Notes under the pieces: generated by a model
Databases searched by the model: none
Told to the model about the DNA's origin: nothing
Seen by the model: only the letters and a program-made list of their open reading frames with translations
Part shown: one piece after another, positions 49,101-63,100 of the stretch
Position numbering within the stretch: the first letter of the stretch is position 1
Layout: the number at the start of each line of letters is the position of its first letter
Position numbers and translations under genes: made by a program
Source: Geosiphon pyriformis uo1
Taxonomy: Eukaryota; Fungi; Glomeromycota
Direction of reading: 5' to 3'
Assembly (NCBI GenBank): GCA_016748015.1
Contig: JAAOMT010000295.1
Location: 1,116,001 to 1,180,000, forward strand
DNA length: 64,000 nt

Positions 49101-50880
49101 ACCTTTTAAGCAGTTTTAATTAGTGTAATTGGCCTAATGTTAGTGAGAATACTCTTCCAATTATAAGGTTTAGGAATCATGAAAACCCAGGATTTCTTCC
49201 AATGCACAAAAACTGCTCCAGATTTTAAACAACTGTTGAAAATGCATAAGAGATCATCAAAAACTAGAAAACTACTGTGTTTTCAGAGTTCATTGGAGAT
49301 GCCAAAAAGCCCAGCAGCCTTCTCATCCAGCTAGTCCCTAACAATTTGGAAAAGTTCATCCATACTAACATTGCACATGACCTCTAAAAAAGTATCATTA
49401 TTAATGTAACTTAAGAAAGCATATTGATTAGACTAACAACTTAACAGAGCACTAAAAACCAAGTGTTTTCTTGTTCAGCCTTCCATGATTGCATTAATTG
49501 AAGACTTGACAGCTTGAGGCTTCAAGATAAGCTTATCATTAACAATTAAATGATTAAGAACCATCTTCCTAAAAGGCTGATTCAGAATGCTTTTTATCAT
49601 TCTACTCTTATTCAAACAAAAATTCTCCATGTGTTTTTTCATGGCCTTCTTAATAGAATTATTTCTGGCAACTTTAGATTCATAATATTTGGACTTGTGA
49701 TAACTTTTTTTAACACCCAAGATGTGATGTAAAATATCTTCAACCCTAGTACTTTTATTGATCATTAAACAAACTTTGGATGCTTCCCTTTCATTTATGT
49801 CTGTCCAAGTACCAATAAAGTGATCAGTTTCCAAACTTAAACCTAAACTTATACTATTGACAACCTTAGACATCAACAACTTCAACCTATAAAATCTAGA
49901 AGAGGATCTGTTCTTTACACAATCAAACTCATTGTATTAGGTTCTGGAAAAAATTTCATCAGTGGAACCAACCACCACTTTTTTGAAAATATTCTACATA
50001 GTATTCAAATTACCATTGTGTTTTGCAGTATGAAATACCCCTGATTTCTCTAAAAACTTGTCTAAAAAACACTCCACAAAACGTTTCCATCTATCAACAC
50101 CCATATTTTTTAACTTGAGCTTTCCACAATCTTTATTAATATACTTGCACATGTTCTCTAATTAAACATCCAAAAGACCATCCAAGTCTACTGAAACTGA
50201 GATAGCTTTGTAATTAGTATCAAAAACTCAGACACAGAATCAACTTTGTGATTGGTCACAGCCAAGATCAAACTCTTACTAACAAAAACATAATCAATAA
50301 CTTTTTCAATGTCTCTTAAGTTGCTCCACATGGAAACACCAGCCAAAAAATGTTCACCAAAAGAATTAACCAAACCTAAGCCCAAACAAAATCCAAAACT
50401 TGCACTCCTATTAAATCCACTCTTATTGAAATTACCACCTAAAATAATAAAACTACTGGAATTAACCACCCAAGCTATGAAAGAATTGATTTCTAGAGCC
50501 TGTTCAAATTTGTCACCAGAAGAAACACTAATATACAAACCAATAATTGAAACTGAAATCTTGCTTTTAAAAAGAAGACACACCAAAATAACATGACCAA
50601 AAACCTTCTCTATTTTGGAGACATGTCGAGCCAGTGAATTGTTTATAATTATTGCTACCCCAGCCCCAAGAAAGCCAATGTTCAGACCAGATGTGAAAAC
50701 ATGCATATTGTCAAACTTGTTCATAATTTATGGTCTAATGTTAGACTTTAACTTTGTTTTTGTAACTATAGATACCATATTCCCTAAATCTTTGTGCTAA
50801 CAAACAATGTCATTCTGCTTAGTAAGGACATTAAGACCCTGAATGTTACATGTAGCAAACTTCCATACTAGCTCTATCAT
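46198..50880 (-). pseudogene. LINE-b ORF2 (APE endonuclease-RT-RNase H-Zn finger)
   Basis: FATCNIQGLN, LGGNFN, KVIDYVF (APE); MHKAYNSV, QEEVFSSLLW, AFVNNT (RT); DVYTDG, VEL*AI (RNase H); CIKCG (C-terminal Zn). Confidence 0.9.
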
Positions 50881-52667
50881 TAAGAGGAGAGAGCAACAGG
50901 GACCAAACCAGCATTGTCAATTTTGGTTAAAAGATCCATAACCATAATTAAAAGATTGTTCAAAGTGTCTTCTATTTTTTTGATAACAGAAGAATCAAAA
51001 ACCACCACTTCTGCAACAGTCTCACTATTAGTGGCTATACCCAAACCCTCACTTATCACTATATCCACTCTCTGATTCTGTGATAAAGAGATCACCAACA
51101 GCTAACATTTAAGGCTAAGCTGGGAAACCATTGGTCCAAGTGCATCCAACCTTTTAGCCAGCTTATCAATGCACTCTGTGAGGCTGGCAAGACTGTGTTC
51201 AAGAGTGGCAAACCTATCATTTAGTTTCAAAGACATTATTGGAACAGATTTCACATCCAAAGAAAAGCCAAAACTAAACAGACTATTATTAGCAGAGAGA
51301 AAAGGGAAAGAGGGCCTACTGACAACTTTAGTTCAAGATATACCACCAAAAAAAACAGGATGAGCTACTGGCACCGAGCACTTGGCATAGATGGCAGCCA
51401 GTCTGCTTTTATCTTTCTCAAATAGCACTCTGCGAGAAAAAGCACTAAGAGATTTCTTGTTATCGAAAGCACAGCCCAATAATATATGTTCTATTTTCTC
51501 ACACTTAGTGCATTTGGAGAAATCCAATTAAAACCAATACAAATTGGTATTCTTTAGTATTAGAGTGGTATTCATAATGACATTAAGTGAATTGACAGAG
51601 TTAAAACATACCACAGCACATCTGAATCAGGCATATATGATCTGATAATGATTAATAACACATATTTTCTCACCCACAAAATCAATAAAGTCTTAAATGT
51701 CATGAGTATTAGTGCTTATTAGCAGTGTGTAGAGCAAAGCCCTATGCTGATTTCTTATATTCCATAATTTCCTATCTGTATTAGTCTTAGCTACCCTTAC
51801 AGCATTTTTTCTGATTAAGATAGACCATTCAACCATGACCAAATCAGCCTGATCTGATTGGGCAAACTTTATCATAGCCTTTTGCCATAGCCCTACTTAT
51901 TGTATCTTGATTGACACAACAGAACCAAACTCAAAAAATGCATTATGCACAGTCTCAGCTAATGTTTTAACAGGAATTTTTTTTATTACCACAGCCCAAT
52001 CTGAATGTACCACAGATTTTTTTAGATTGATATTTACTAGAATATTTGCCACACATGTTTTTTCTATAGCCTGTACCAGACTTGATTTGGAAGTAAATAT
52101 CACTTTAATGATCCCAGAAAATTTTGAGAGAGTGGAGGCTCTCCCAAAACCATTGATTTTTGAAAATAATTTTCTAACTACTATTAGCTTTTCCTAAAAA
52201 AATTTCTCAACTATTTTGTCCAAGTCAATATCCAAAGCAAATAACTTTCTAATAAACACATTTACCAAATTTTTCAGTGGTGGAGAAAGAACTACAAGAA
52301 CATTCAGAAAAATATCATCATTATCTACATCATCCAAGAAATTAATTTTTTCCAATGGCATACTCAAAGTCTTTTTTATTACCAATCTTGGATCTTTTGG
52401 CATCTAATTGGAATCATCCTTATTGAACACACACTTTTTTCCATAATTCATATTGGTTTCTTCAACTAGACACTTTTCTTTTATATTGATACTGTCAGAC
52501 TTGGTAGTATTACTAGCTTCAGACTCCCAAGAACCACCAACTGTCTTTTTAGACAAAACCACTTTATGTGCAGCACTATCTTTTAGAATGCTTCTTTTTC
52601 TCTTTTTTCTAGAAGCAATATCTCTACTCACAGTACCAGCATTAAAGTTTTTGACAGATTTTTTCAT
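50880..52667 (-). pseudogene. LINE-b ORF1 (RRM-like + CCHC)
   Basis: AVVIKKIPV..FFEFGSVVSIKIQ RRM-like segment; CTKCEKIEHILLGC knuckle; start position approximate. Confidence 0.8.
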
Positions 52668-54112
52668 TACAACAATACTACAGCCAACAGTGGCTTCATA
52701 ATCAAGCAAAAAAGGTTTGGATTTGTTATACTGAATTGTAAAAAAACTTCTCTCAAAAAACTTTTGGCTCTTTTTGGGAATTTGAGACAAAAGAGAAAAA
52801 AAGTTTTTTTAATTATTTTAATTAAGTATAAAATAAAAATATTAATTTTATTTTAAATTTTGTTAAATAAAATATAAATTAATTTATTTAAATTATATTA
52901 TTATAAATTAAATTTTTAATTAATAAATATATTAAAAATTAAAAATTTAATACAAAAAGTGTAAAAAACAATTAAAACAATAATTTAATCTTAATTATCT
53001 TATTATTTTTAATATTAATTTAACAATTAATTATTTTTATAATAGTTTTTGTTAATTTTAAATAATTTAGTTTTAATTTTGTGTTAATAAATAATTATAT
53101 TATTTATAATTATATGTATTTTAAAAATAAATTAATATTTAATTATTTTATATATTATAAAAACATTAAAATTAATAAACCAAATATAATTAACAATTAG
53201 AATTCAAAATTTATAATATGTTGAAGTTGAAATATTAAATCATATTTATTTGCCACTTGTTTCAATTTTAAAAACACATAATTTCTACTATTGCAACTTA
53301 TCAAAATCTAATTACCATAAATTTAATCACCCAGAACTATCAATTTGTAACACATATCGAAATTAAGATTTTACCCTAAGTGGGAAGAATCTTATGCAAA
53401 AAAGATATTTGCTTCCAAATAAAGATTTCTTGTACTACATTTGAAGGCCGAAAATTGAAAAGTATGGGTTGGACAAACTAATAATTCACCACAAAAATAT
53501 CCGAACACAATGGCACATAAGTAATTATTGATTATGGGGTTAAAGACATGAGCATTGGTAGCCGAAAAACGTGTCCCCCACTATTGATAATTTCCAATAT
53601 TGAAATAATATGCTTCGTGCATGGGATACCGTTGTCACAACAGCAAAAAGATGCACCACTATTTACCGTCCTTTCTTTACCATATTCCGTCTTTCTTTTT
53701 CGACACAAAAGTGACGGACTAAACCAGTAAAAGTGTTGTCGCAGTTTCTTTTCACTCTTTTCATAATTCCCCTTCACTCTTTTCATAATTCCCTTCACTC
53801 TTTTCTCCCTTCCTTCTCAGCTCTGCCATATGTTTAAGACTCGAACACCTTGTACTTCAATTTTTTGAGCTTCCCTAATCATTATACAAGTCGAGTCTTT
53901 TCCTCTGTTGATAAGAGAAAAAACCCATCCAAAGCAGCACGCACTTCTTCAATTGTATATGCTAATTGTATATTAAAAACCGTAAAATACATATTAGCAA
54001 CCATATTTTGCCTACAAAACTATCTTTTTTGCCGTTTTCAAAATATTGGAGCAAACTAAAAAGCTACGATAAGACTTTACCCTAACATCACTAATCTCGT
54101 CTCAATAAAGAA

Positions 54113-55252
54113 ATGGGAGGAAAGAGAGAGACAATTTGGCGACGTATTTCGATTGCCACCAGAGATCCTAGTGGCAGTGAATGGTTAGAAAAACAACAGA
54201 AATCAGCACGTCGACAAAAGTTAATTTTATTCGTGATAGGAATGTCCCTCGTAACGATTATTGTGGGAGTTATTGGTTATCATTACACGCACCGTACACC
54301 ACCCACCTATCCTAATATTAAACAAGCCCCAATTGGTAATGAAGCTGTCAACACCGCAAAACCTTCAGACATATCTATAATTCCGAATCCAAAGTATATT
54401 CGTTCATTTTGGGGTATCGGGTATACACCACTAAATACTCAATTCCCGTATTGTGGTGCTTCATTGGCAAACATAACCGAGGATATTAAAATTTTATCTC
54501 AATTAACGCCTCGAATTCGCTTGTATGGACAAGATTGCCAACAGGCAGAAATGGTATTGCAAGCGATCAAAATTTTAAAAGTCAAAATGTTGGTCACGCT
54601 TACTGTATGGGTTGACGCAAATGACACCACTTATGAACGCCAATACAATAGTATGTTGAGTACTCTGAAAAAATATTACGCCGATGGAAATATTGAATCT
54701 GTATCAATCGGAAACGAAGTCTTATTCCGGAAAGAAATAAAACCAGAAGTTTTATGGCAACGCATGAACGATTTCCGTTTCACATTAAAACAGCTGAATA
54801 TGACCCGACTGAAAGTTGTCACCTCCGATCTTGGCTCAAACATTAGCCCTGATATGGTTAAAAACACTGATGCTGTCTGGGCTAATGTACATCCATTCTT
54901 TGCCGGTGTAGTTGTAGAAAAAGCTGCAGATTGGACCTTCAAATATTTTCAAGAAACCGATGTGAAACCAGCCCTTCCAAAATTAGCTATTATTTCAGAA
55001 GTCGGATGGCCAACGCAAAATGGAACAAATTCAGGTGCTGTAGCCTCGGTCCCGAATCTACAGCTATTCTTGGATACCTTCCTGTGTGAGGCGAATCGTC
55101 AAAAGGTTCCCTATTACTTTTTCGAAGCCTTCGATGAGCCATGGAAGATCATTACTGGTAGTGACATGGAAACCCATTGGGGTATCATGACAGTGAATCG
55201 GGAACTCAAGATCAAGATCCCGAACTGTCCTGTAGCACAGGTTAATTATTAG
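54113..55252 (+). CDS. Glycoside hydrolase family 17 beta-1,3-glucanase/transglucosylase, type II membrane-anchored (BtgC-like), 379 aa, intronless
   Basis: Intact ORF; N-terminal TM helix LILFVIGMSLVTIIVGVIGY; IRLYG, SIGNEVLFR (acid/base Glu), ISEVGWPT (nucleophile Glu), YFFEAFDEPWK, ETHWGI. Confidence 0.93.
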   Translation: MGGKRETIWRRISIATRDPSGSEWLEKQQKSARRQKLILFVIGMSLVTIIVGVIGYHYTHRTPPTYPNIKQAPIGNEAVNTAKPSDISIIPNPKYIRSFWGIGYTPLNTQFPYCGASLANITEDIKILSQLTPRIRLYGQDCQQAEMVLQAIKILKVKMLVTLTVWVDANDTTYERQYNSMLSTLKKYYADGNIESVSIGNEVLFRKEIKPEVLWQRMNDFRFTLKQLNMTRLKVVTSDLGSNISPDMVKNTDAVWANVHPFFAGVVVEKAADWTFKYFQETDVKPALPKLAIISEVGWPTQNGTNSGAVASVPNLQLFLDTFLCEANRQKVPYYFFEAFDEPWKIITGSDMETHWGIMTVNRELKIKIPNCPVAQVNY

Positions 55253-56701
55253 TAGGCTGTGATGAGTTGAAAATCCCTTGCCCCCGAATATAAATATAAA
55301 TAGACAAATTTAATAATAACTGAAACCTAAAACTCACCATGAACACCACCTTCTCTCTATCGCCCTGAAGTTGTGATCTGTAAAATCAGGTCAGCAGATG
55401 TATAACTGATTTTTGCCGTGCACATTATATAGGGATAATTTTCTCATCTATCCCAAGAATAACATATATTAAGCTGCATTCGGTTATCTCTCCATTTCAA
55501 GCATTCATTCTTTTCCCGTTCCAAAAACGAAAACCGTTTTTATTACATATATATCTCCCACCTCAACTTCCATTCGTCAACAGCCCCCATCGATTCTAAA
55601 CTTTCTTTCCCTTTTCCATACACATCTGTCCTAATGATAAATTCTTTCGAAATTTTTGCCCCCTTAAATTTTTCTCCTTGTAAGATATCCCTGTTATTTT
55701 TAATAATAATACTACTTGTTTGTCATCATAGTAACGTATTTAATAGATCACGAGATTTTCTCGTTTTTTGAAGTTTAAAACAAAAATGATTTAAAATGTA
55801 AAAAAGTAAGAATCGAACACGATTATGCTTGTAATATAATTGTGTATGGATATTATAGGAGTGTACTCGGATCAAGATATGAAAAAAGGGGTTACGATAA
55901 AATGATATAGTCGACCAGATGCTGAATAAGAAAACACATCATATATGATTGAAAAGGTCCATCTTGCGCTATTTTATCCTGCAGAAGGGATAAAACCTCA
56001 GTTAATACGACCTATAGAGGTGAAAACTAGTTATTGGAATCGTTTTAAACATTTGATTATAGTCCAATATCATTATTTGGACTGGCTTTCAGGCTGCGTC
56101 TTTCCCAATACTTAAATCAGAGGCTTCATTAATCGTATTAGAATCTTCACGCTCAAATATCGAATTTAGGAAATGATTTCCATCTGGTCTTTCATTTCCA
56201 TAGCCGACTAAATGACCATATATAAACACGGATATTCTAGGGGATCCCCGCGAATTTGCTTAAAACCAGTTAGAAATTTTATAATAAAATCTTACATCGT
56301 CTAATAAGTCAATTCTGACTTGAAGATTTGTTTTTATTAGTGTTTTGGACTTCGTGCAGTAAGTAGGAATCGAAAAAGTTTTATTCATCCTGATAATTAT
56401 AAGTAGCATTGCTTGTATTGAAACAATGCAAATGAAGTACACGATAGGAAAATTTAAAGGAAATTAACATCTTGTGTATAAAGGAATATTTTTGCAAATA
56501 TACTGATCTAGATTATATTTACTATTTATATATATAAGAAATTTTGGTGTGTATAATGCAATGATAAGAAGGTTTATTGGGCGAAAGAAATTATAAGTGT
56601 TTCTTGCTATTTAACAATTGACCAAAAGCCTTCCTTCGCCAATCCCAAATATTTTAACAAATTGTGATGACCTTGCAACTAAACAAACTTCATACAACCC
56701 C

Positions 56702-58445
56702 TTAATCAATTACAATAACCTCGACCTCTGAATCAAGTAAATATCGGTGTGATTCCCTCTTATCAACCTCGTCCAGTCGATAATCGGCGTGTGCGATGAC
56801 TTGGGGTATCTGTCGCTTAGCATTTATTAATGCATTCCGACTTAACTTTGCTACATATTGAGTGTTAAGGCGTTTGAATGCGCGATGTTCTTTAGAATAT
56901 TCAATTACAACTTCGATATGTTCGTCATTTAATTCCCAACATCGTCCCATATGTAGACTTTCCAATTTGGCGCCGCAGTTGGAGAGGAAATATTCAAGCG
57001 AGTCAGGTGTAAACACCCCTGAAAGTTCAAGTTTAATCAGCCCCGAACAGAGTCGTATGAGCGGGTCATGTACCAAAATATTTTGCGGGTTTTCTAAAAA
57101 AAATCGAAAATTTTTAGGTCAGACTTTTAAAAAAAATTTAGCAACAAATCTCGACTGATAGAAAATATAATGAGTTACTATCGGTTTCGGATCCTAGGCA
57201 CAAAGTTTTCAAAGTTGATTGAGCATTTTTCACCATGGCGACGATTATGTCGAACGGCGGATACGACCTGAAAAATCGAAGTTTCCTTAATCTCGGGAAC
57301 TTTGCCTTAGCCAGTTCTCGCATGTTACGGTGGTTGAAACCGTAACAATATCGAAATTTCAATCGCTCCAAGTTTTCTAATGTAGCTACAGCATCAAGAA
57401 TTACGTCACCCATATCAACATCACAGAAATCGAGACATGTCAAGGATTCCCGTTGTCCCATTAGCGCAATGTCCAGACCTGGCAAACTATAATTGGCTCC
57501 CCCAAGTAAAAAGTGTTTAAGTCCACGTTGAGCCTCGATCAGCGAGACCAAAGCAACAGCTTCAGCTTCGCGATCACATGGAAACTCTTGATCATAGAAC
57601 ATCGCGACGTTGAGCTTATCTAAATTCTTGCAAGCTTTTGAAGCTGCAAACATTATTCCAGCTTTACGACCACGACCACATTCGAATTCTTTTAACTGTT
57701 GTAAACATTTGCTCGCACCTGGAAACAATGGGAGTGAGGTATGACCATTATCATTTAACAGAAAGGCAAGGTGCGGATCAGTGGCGGAGAATTCGTTAGG
57801 GGCATAATATTCGGTTAAAAAAAGTTCATAATGGATGTCTAATGACTCCATTGCAGGACATCGGCTCATAAAAAGCCTCCCCAACTCCTTTACAACCAAC
57901 CGAATACAATCTTCGCAAACACGAGCGGTTAAGAAAGAAGAAGAATGGCTATTGTTAACGCTGGTATTCTTTCGAGAAGAGGTAGCAGCATTCTTCAACA
58001 TTCCATTACTGGCCGTTGAGTTACTACCAGTCCCAATGCTCCCAGTGACTGCGAAGAACCATTCGTAGACAGCTTCATACAACCGCTTGGTATCCAGTTT
58101 TCGTAAAAAAGAAGGATAATCAAATGTGGGTTTATAGTTTACTAAGGGGATAGGAATCCCCGCCTTATTCAGACGAACTTTAGCCTCCAAAGACAAAAAA
58201 GTGACGTACTTATCGACTAACTTTACTATTGCTGGTCGGATTGGTACTCTTACGGGAGCTAAAGTTTTTCGCTCACCGAAATAATGAAAAGTTTCGCGCC
58301 ACAAGAGGGGCACAACATTCTTGCACCAAGTTCGGTTTGCCGAAAGACATTTATATAAGCTACGACGGTCGTCGGCGAGACATTTGTAAATCTCAAAGAG
58401 ACACTCATTTGGGAGGGTGTAATCGGGTGGAAGATGTTTCGTCAT
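56702..58445 (-). CDS. F-box-like/leucine-rich-repeat protein, 2 exons (58445-57179, 57093-56702), 552 aa
   Basis: F-box LPNECLFEIY..SLYKCLSANRTWCKNVVPLLW, PTFDYPSFLRKLD, RNI-like LRRs. An 85-nt GTAACT...CTGAC...TTTAG intron (57178-57094) joins the two ORFs in frame (SETD-KNPQNILVHDP). Confidence 0.88.
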
Positions 58446-60169
58446 TTTGGAATGGCCGAGGGTAAGATCGTGCGTATAATAGAGGTAGAAATGTTAAGTT
58501 GTGTGCGTCGGGATTTCCGTCGGTTCGCTGTCGAAAAGAATGAGTTTACAACGATCGCTAAAGTCTGATGAATTTAAGAATGGCAGTTTGATTTAAAGAT
58601 TATGTATTATACACCCAGTGTGTGTCCGTGTAAAAGAACTTTTCAAGAGCACCTCTCGCTTTTCTTTTTAAGTGGGGTTTTAAACCGTCAAAAGGAGCTT
58701 TTAGTACATAGTTATCAAATTTACTGAAAGGTAATTATGACTCTAAAAAGAGGCGAGAGGGCAGAAAAATTAAGCGAGTTCTTTTCGTACCTTTCAGCTA
58801 ATAGATCAATTTGTAATAGGTAGGGGGGAGCACTTATTGAAAGAGTGGATATTAATGTAACCAGTCACTCTGGATTTTATTTTTTAAATTTTTTTCAATA
58901 TCTATATGGCCATAAGCTAATCCTGTATTGATCTATTAATGCAGATATTCTGTTTTTTAAAAAACAATTTATTAATTGTAATATAATATCAAATGTAATA
59001 ATAATATAAAAAAATAAAATTTTTTCAAAAAATTAATATTTACATTAAAATTTTTATGTTTTATGGTTTTTTAAATTGTTTTAATTAAAATTTTATTTAT
59101 TGTAAATACTTTTATATTTAAAAAACAATTTTACCCAGTTTTTTTGTTCTGCTAAAGATATAAACTATTTTAGCATAGTACATTAGACGTGAATTGCGCA
59201 GCAAATTTCCTATTGAACACTAAAACTTAGAAATTTCGTTTTTATGTTAAGTGTTGTATTTATTAATAGTATTTATTTTAAATCTTTAATTAGATTTTAA
59301 AAAAATTAAAAAAATTTATAAAATTATTGTTATAGTTATATTATTAAGTTTGAAGATATTTATAAAAAGCTATAATAATAAAAAATTACAAATAAGTGTT
59401 TATTTAGAAAATATGTATTTAAAAATGGTTAATTGTATATTAAAATTACTCAATTATTTTTTATTTATTAATTAAAATAAATAATAATAATAATAAACAA
59501 ATTTTATTTTTTTATAGTTTATTAGTTCAATTATTTTTAAAGTTTTTTTAATTATTAAAACAGCCAACAATATTTTATAAAAAATAAAACTTTAATTTAT
59601 TTTGGCTATAAACAACAGTTTTTTATTTTAAACAATAATAATAATAACATATTTATTAAATTTGTATTTAATATTTAATTATATTGCTTAATATAATAAA
59701 TTTTGGTTAATTATACTAGTTATAAAAACAAAACAATTATATTTTTACATAAATTATATTATTATACTATTAATTATAAAGATTAATTTAATAAAAATAA
59801 AAATTGGTTTTTTGTTTTTTAAAAACACTTTTAATTTTGGTAATATTTAAAAAACAATTTTTAATTATAATATTTTTTTAAATAAATAATTTTTGTTTTA
59901 ATTATGCATAATTTTATTAATATAAAATTGGGTTTTAAAAACAATATTAAGCTTTTTTGTATAAAATTTGTATTTTAATTTTTTATTTATTTATTTTTAT
60001 TAGACAAAAATATTGTTTTTCATGTAAAAATTACAATATATATTAAAAAATTATTATTAAAGTTATGTAAAAATACTTATTTTATATATTAATTTAACAA
60101 AATTAATTAATAAAAAATATTTTTTTTGTTGATCTTTTGGTCACAATAAAAACATAAAATAGTCAAAGA

Positions 60170-63100
60170 AATATGCTTTTTTTTTCTTACTTTTGTTTTT
60201 ATAGTTATTTTTTTTGCTATATTTTTATTTATTATTATAAAACCAGTAAATTTTTCATATAAAAAGCCAAAAAAACTTGAAGCTACTAATAGTATAATGA
60301 ACTTATTAACTAGTTTTCTACCTGTTAATATATTGTAAACTAATAACAATAGTTACATAAAATCTTAGAATAATAAAGTAGATAGCAAAAAAACCAGTAT
60401 TAATAAAGTATTAAATATAAAAAACATAAAAAACACAATTACAAAAAAAATAAGTTACATAGATTCAAATGCTTTTAAAATAAATAATATAATTTCAAGA
60501 AAAACATAAATTAGAACATATGTTTTGGAATAACTGCTAAATATGTTCTTTTTTAATAAATTAAATAATAATAAAAACATAATAATACTTCTAATATCTA
60601 AGTTTAATGAATTCCAAAAATTGTTATTGGCTAAGTTATAAAATAAGAAAATTAAGAATTTTAGTTTAAAGAAATTTTTATATTGGATATTAAACTTTTT
60701 GTAATGCTTAACAAAACTTCTAAAAATAAGTTGTTATCAATAAAAAAAATTTTTTATTGTATTAATGGTTTTAAAAAAACATTAACTTTTTTAAAATTTT
60801 CAAATATTATTAGATTAACATTTATATTTAAATTAAGTTTCAACAAAACAAAAAAATTGACTATTAGTAAAAATTTTTTGGTAAATAATAATATTAAAAA
60901 AACAAATATTTATATGAATCAAAAAGTAATTATTAAGAAAATTTTTATAGATCTTTTTAAATTAGTTATGGAATTAATGTTTTTTAAGTTTAATAAGATT
61001 ATGTCTATTAAGATATAATTTATTGGTTTTTGGCAAAAAACTCTAGTTGAATTTGAATTTGTTAATGTTGCTAATTTGGTTTTAGTTGAATAGTTGGTCC
61101 TTATAAAAAAAATCATGTATATATAATCAAGACTGTTAATAATAAACAAATATAAATGTTTAAGAATTGGCATTTAACTTTGCTATATATCTTATTAATT
61201 AGCATTACTGTTTATAATTTTTCTGATTTGTTGATATCATATAAATAAAAAAATTTGTTTTATTGGCCATAATCCAAGCATATATAGATATAACAGATGT
61301 ATAATTGTTTGTTTTGTTAATAAAACATCAAAAAAATGGCTATTAATTCTACTTTAGTTTTTAAGAGTGTAAATCTATACTAGATTAACTTATTACTAAT
61401 TGTTTGTATTTAATATAAACAATTTAGTCATGTTTTTGTTATGTGTTCTGGTGGTAAAAATTCAAATAGTTACAGCAGAAAATCAGTTTTATCTTAGAAT
61501 TAAATATAATTAACTAATATATATAAGAAGAAGCAAGTTTTAATAGTTTGTCTGGTTTTTTTTGATAGTAAAACTTGGGATTCAAATTGTTAATAGTTCT
61601 TTATTTTTTTTTCTGTACAAAATAGTTCTTTAAAAATTGGTTTTTCTTTAGAAATAAAACTTTTTCACTAATTATATTAGAAATAAGTGATAAGTTTGTT
61701 GTTTTTAAGCATATTTTACCAACTTTGTAAAACAAGTTAATAAGTTGGCTAAGAGATTAGATACACTTAAGCCAATAGTTTCTTAGTTTAGTCTTGAATA
61801 TTAGTTATTGGTAATCTTTTTATCACAAAATTAAGAAGTAAATACAATAATAAGTAGAAGTTTAGATGTAATTATTAGTAATAAGACTAATATAGAAGCA
61901 AGATTTTTTGATTTATTAGTTATTTTTAAGTTAAAAAACAATATAAACAATTTGTTAGAAATAGTTATAGACTTGCTGATCAAAGTAAAAAATATTCTAT
62001 TGTATTTGAATATTTTTTTCTATTAATAACTAAGTTAGTTTGAAGAGTTTTTATGTATAATGTTCAAAGTATTAATGTCTTTGCTAAACAAAAAATGTTA
62101 TTTACTGGTATGTAAATTCAGGAAATATGATTTTAATTATTACAGAGACAAAATTGAGATCTAGTATTAAGTTATAAATTGTAAACAGATTTAATAGTAT
62201 GTGTGTTTTTATATCTGGTTTAAATAAAATTTTTTTTGAGACTGGTATAACAATAATTATAGATAACTCTTTGGTTTAATATGTTTTAAAAGTAAAAAAT
62301 TTTTTATTTATCTTATTTTAATCTGGCTTTTGTTTAAAAATAAAATTTTGGTCATAATTTTAAGTCTTTATACTAATGCTTCTACTGAATTTAAATTTGA
62401 TTAAGCAGTAAAAACTATTTTTTTTTATTGCTAAGACAGTTAATTTCAGCATTTTTGTGGTTTTGGGTGGAAATTTTAATAAAAACAGTTTAAAAAAAAG
62501 TGTAAGTTTTAAGTTTTGTTTGAATCTAAACTTAGTTAACTTATTTAGTAGATATTTATTAGTCAAAATTCCTACTTAAAACAATTTTAAAGACATTGAA
62601 AAGATCATAAATTTCATTTTTGTAAATCAAAACCTAATATTTGCAATTACAGGTTATAGAGTTAATATTATGTTTGAGTTTTTTAATACAAATTACAAAA
62701 CAATTTTAGTTGTAATCAGTTTGAATAATCTCTTAAATGCTTATCTTAATAATAATTAAAATAAACTAATAAAAATAAATAAAAGTTTAAAATTAAAGAT
62801 GTTAATATTACTAAGTAATTATAATTTAAAAAGTATTTATTATATAAATTTTTAAAGAAAGTAACTGAATTTAATAATACAAATAATAATAATAATTTAA
62901 ATACAATATAAAAAATTTAAAAAAAAGTGATAGTAAGTTTTGTTAATAAAGTATTCTCTAGATATTAATTTAATAAGTTTGAATATTTAAAAAACAAGCA
63001 ATTATCTAAGTTTTTCAAGCTAAAACTGTTGGTAACTAAGATTGTAAAAAGTTTAAGTTTGAATCAAATTTTAGAGACAGGTTGTCTTATTAATATTTGA

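Larger units (their letters stand above)
46045..52805 (-). mobile_element. LINE-b: near full-length non-LTR retrotransposon with APE, RT and RNase H
   Basis: ORF1 + ORF2 relics and (TAA)n 3' tail at ~46050-46072; TSD not resolvable. Confidence 0.9.

Noticed and set aside
53746-53805. ~23-bp pyrimidine-rich tandem duplication upstream of the GH17 gene
   Set aside because: Ordinary promoter-region slippage repeat; no further support for function
54676-58465. Antisense ORFs overlapping the GH17 and F-box genes
   Set aside because: Shadows of the real coding strands
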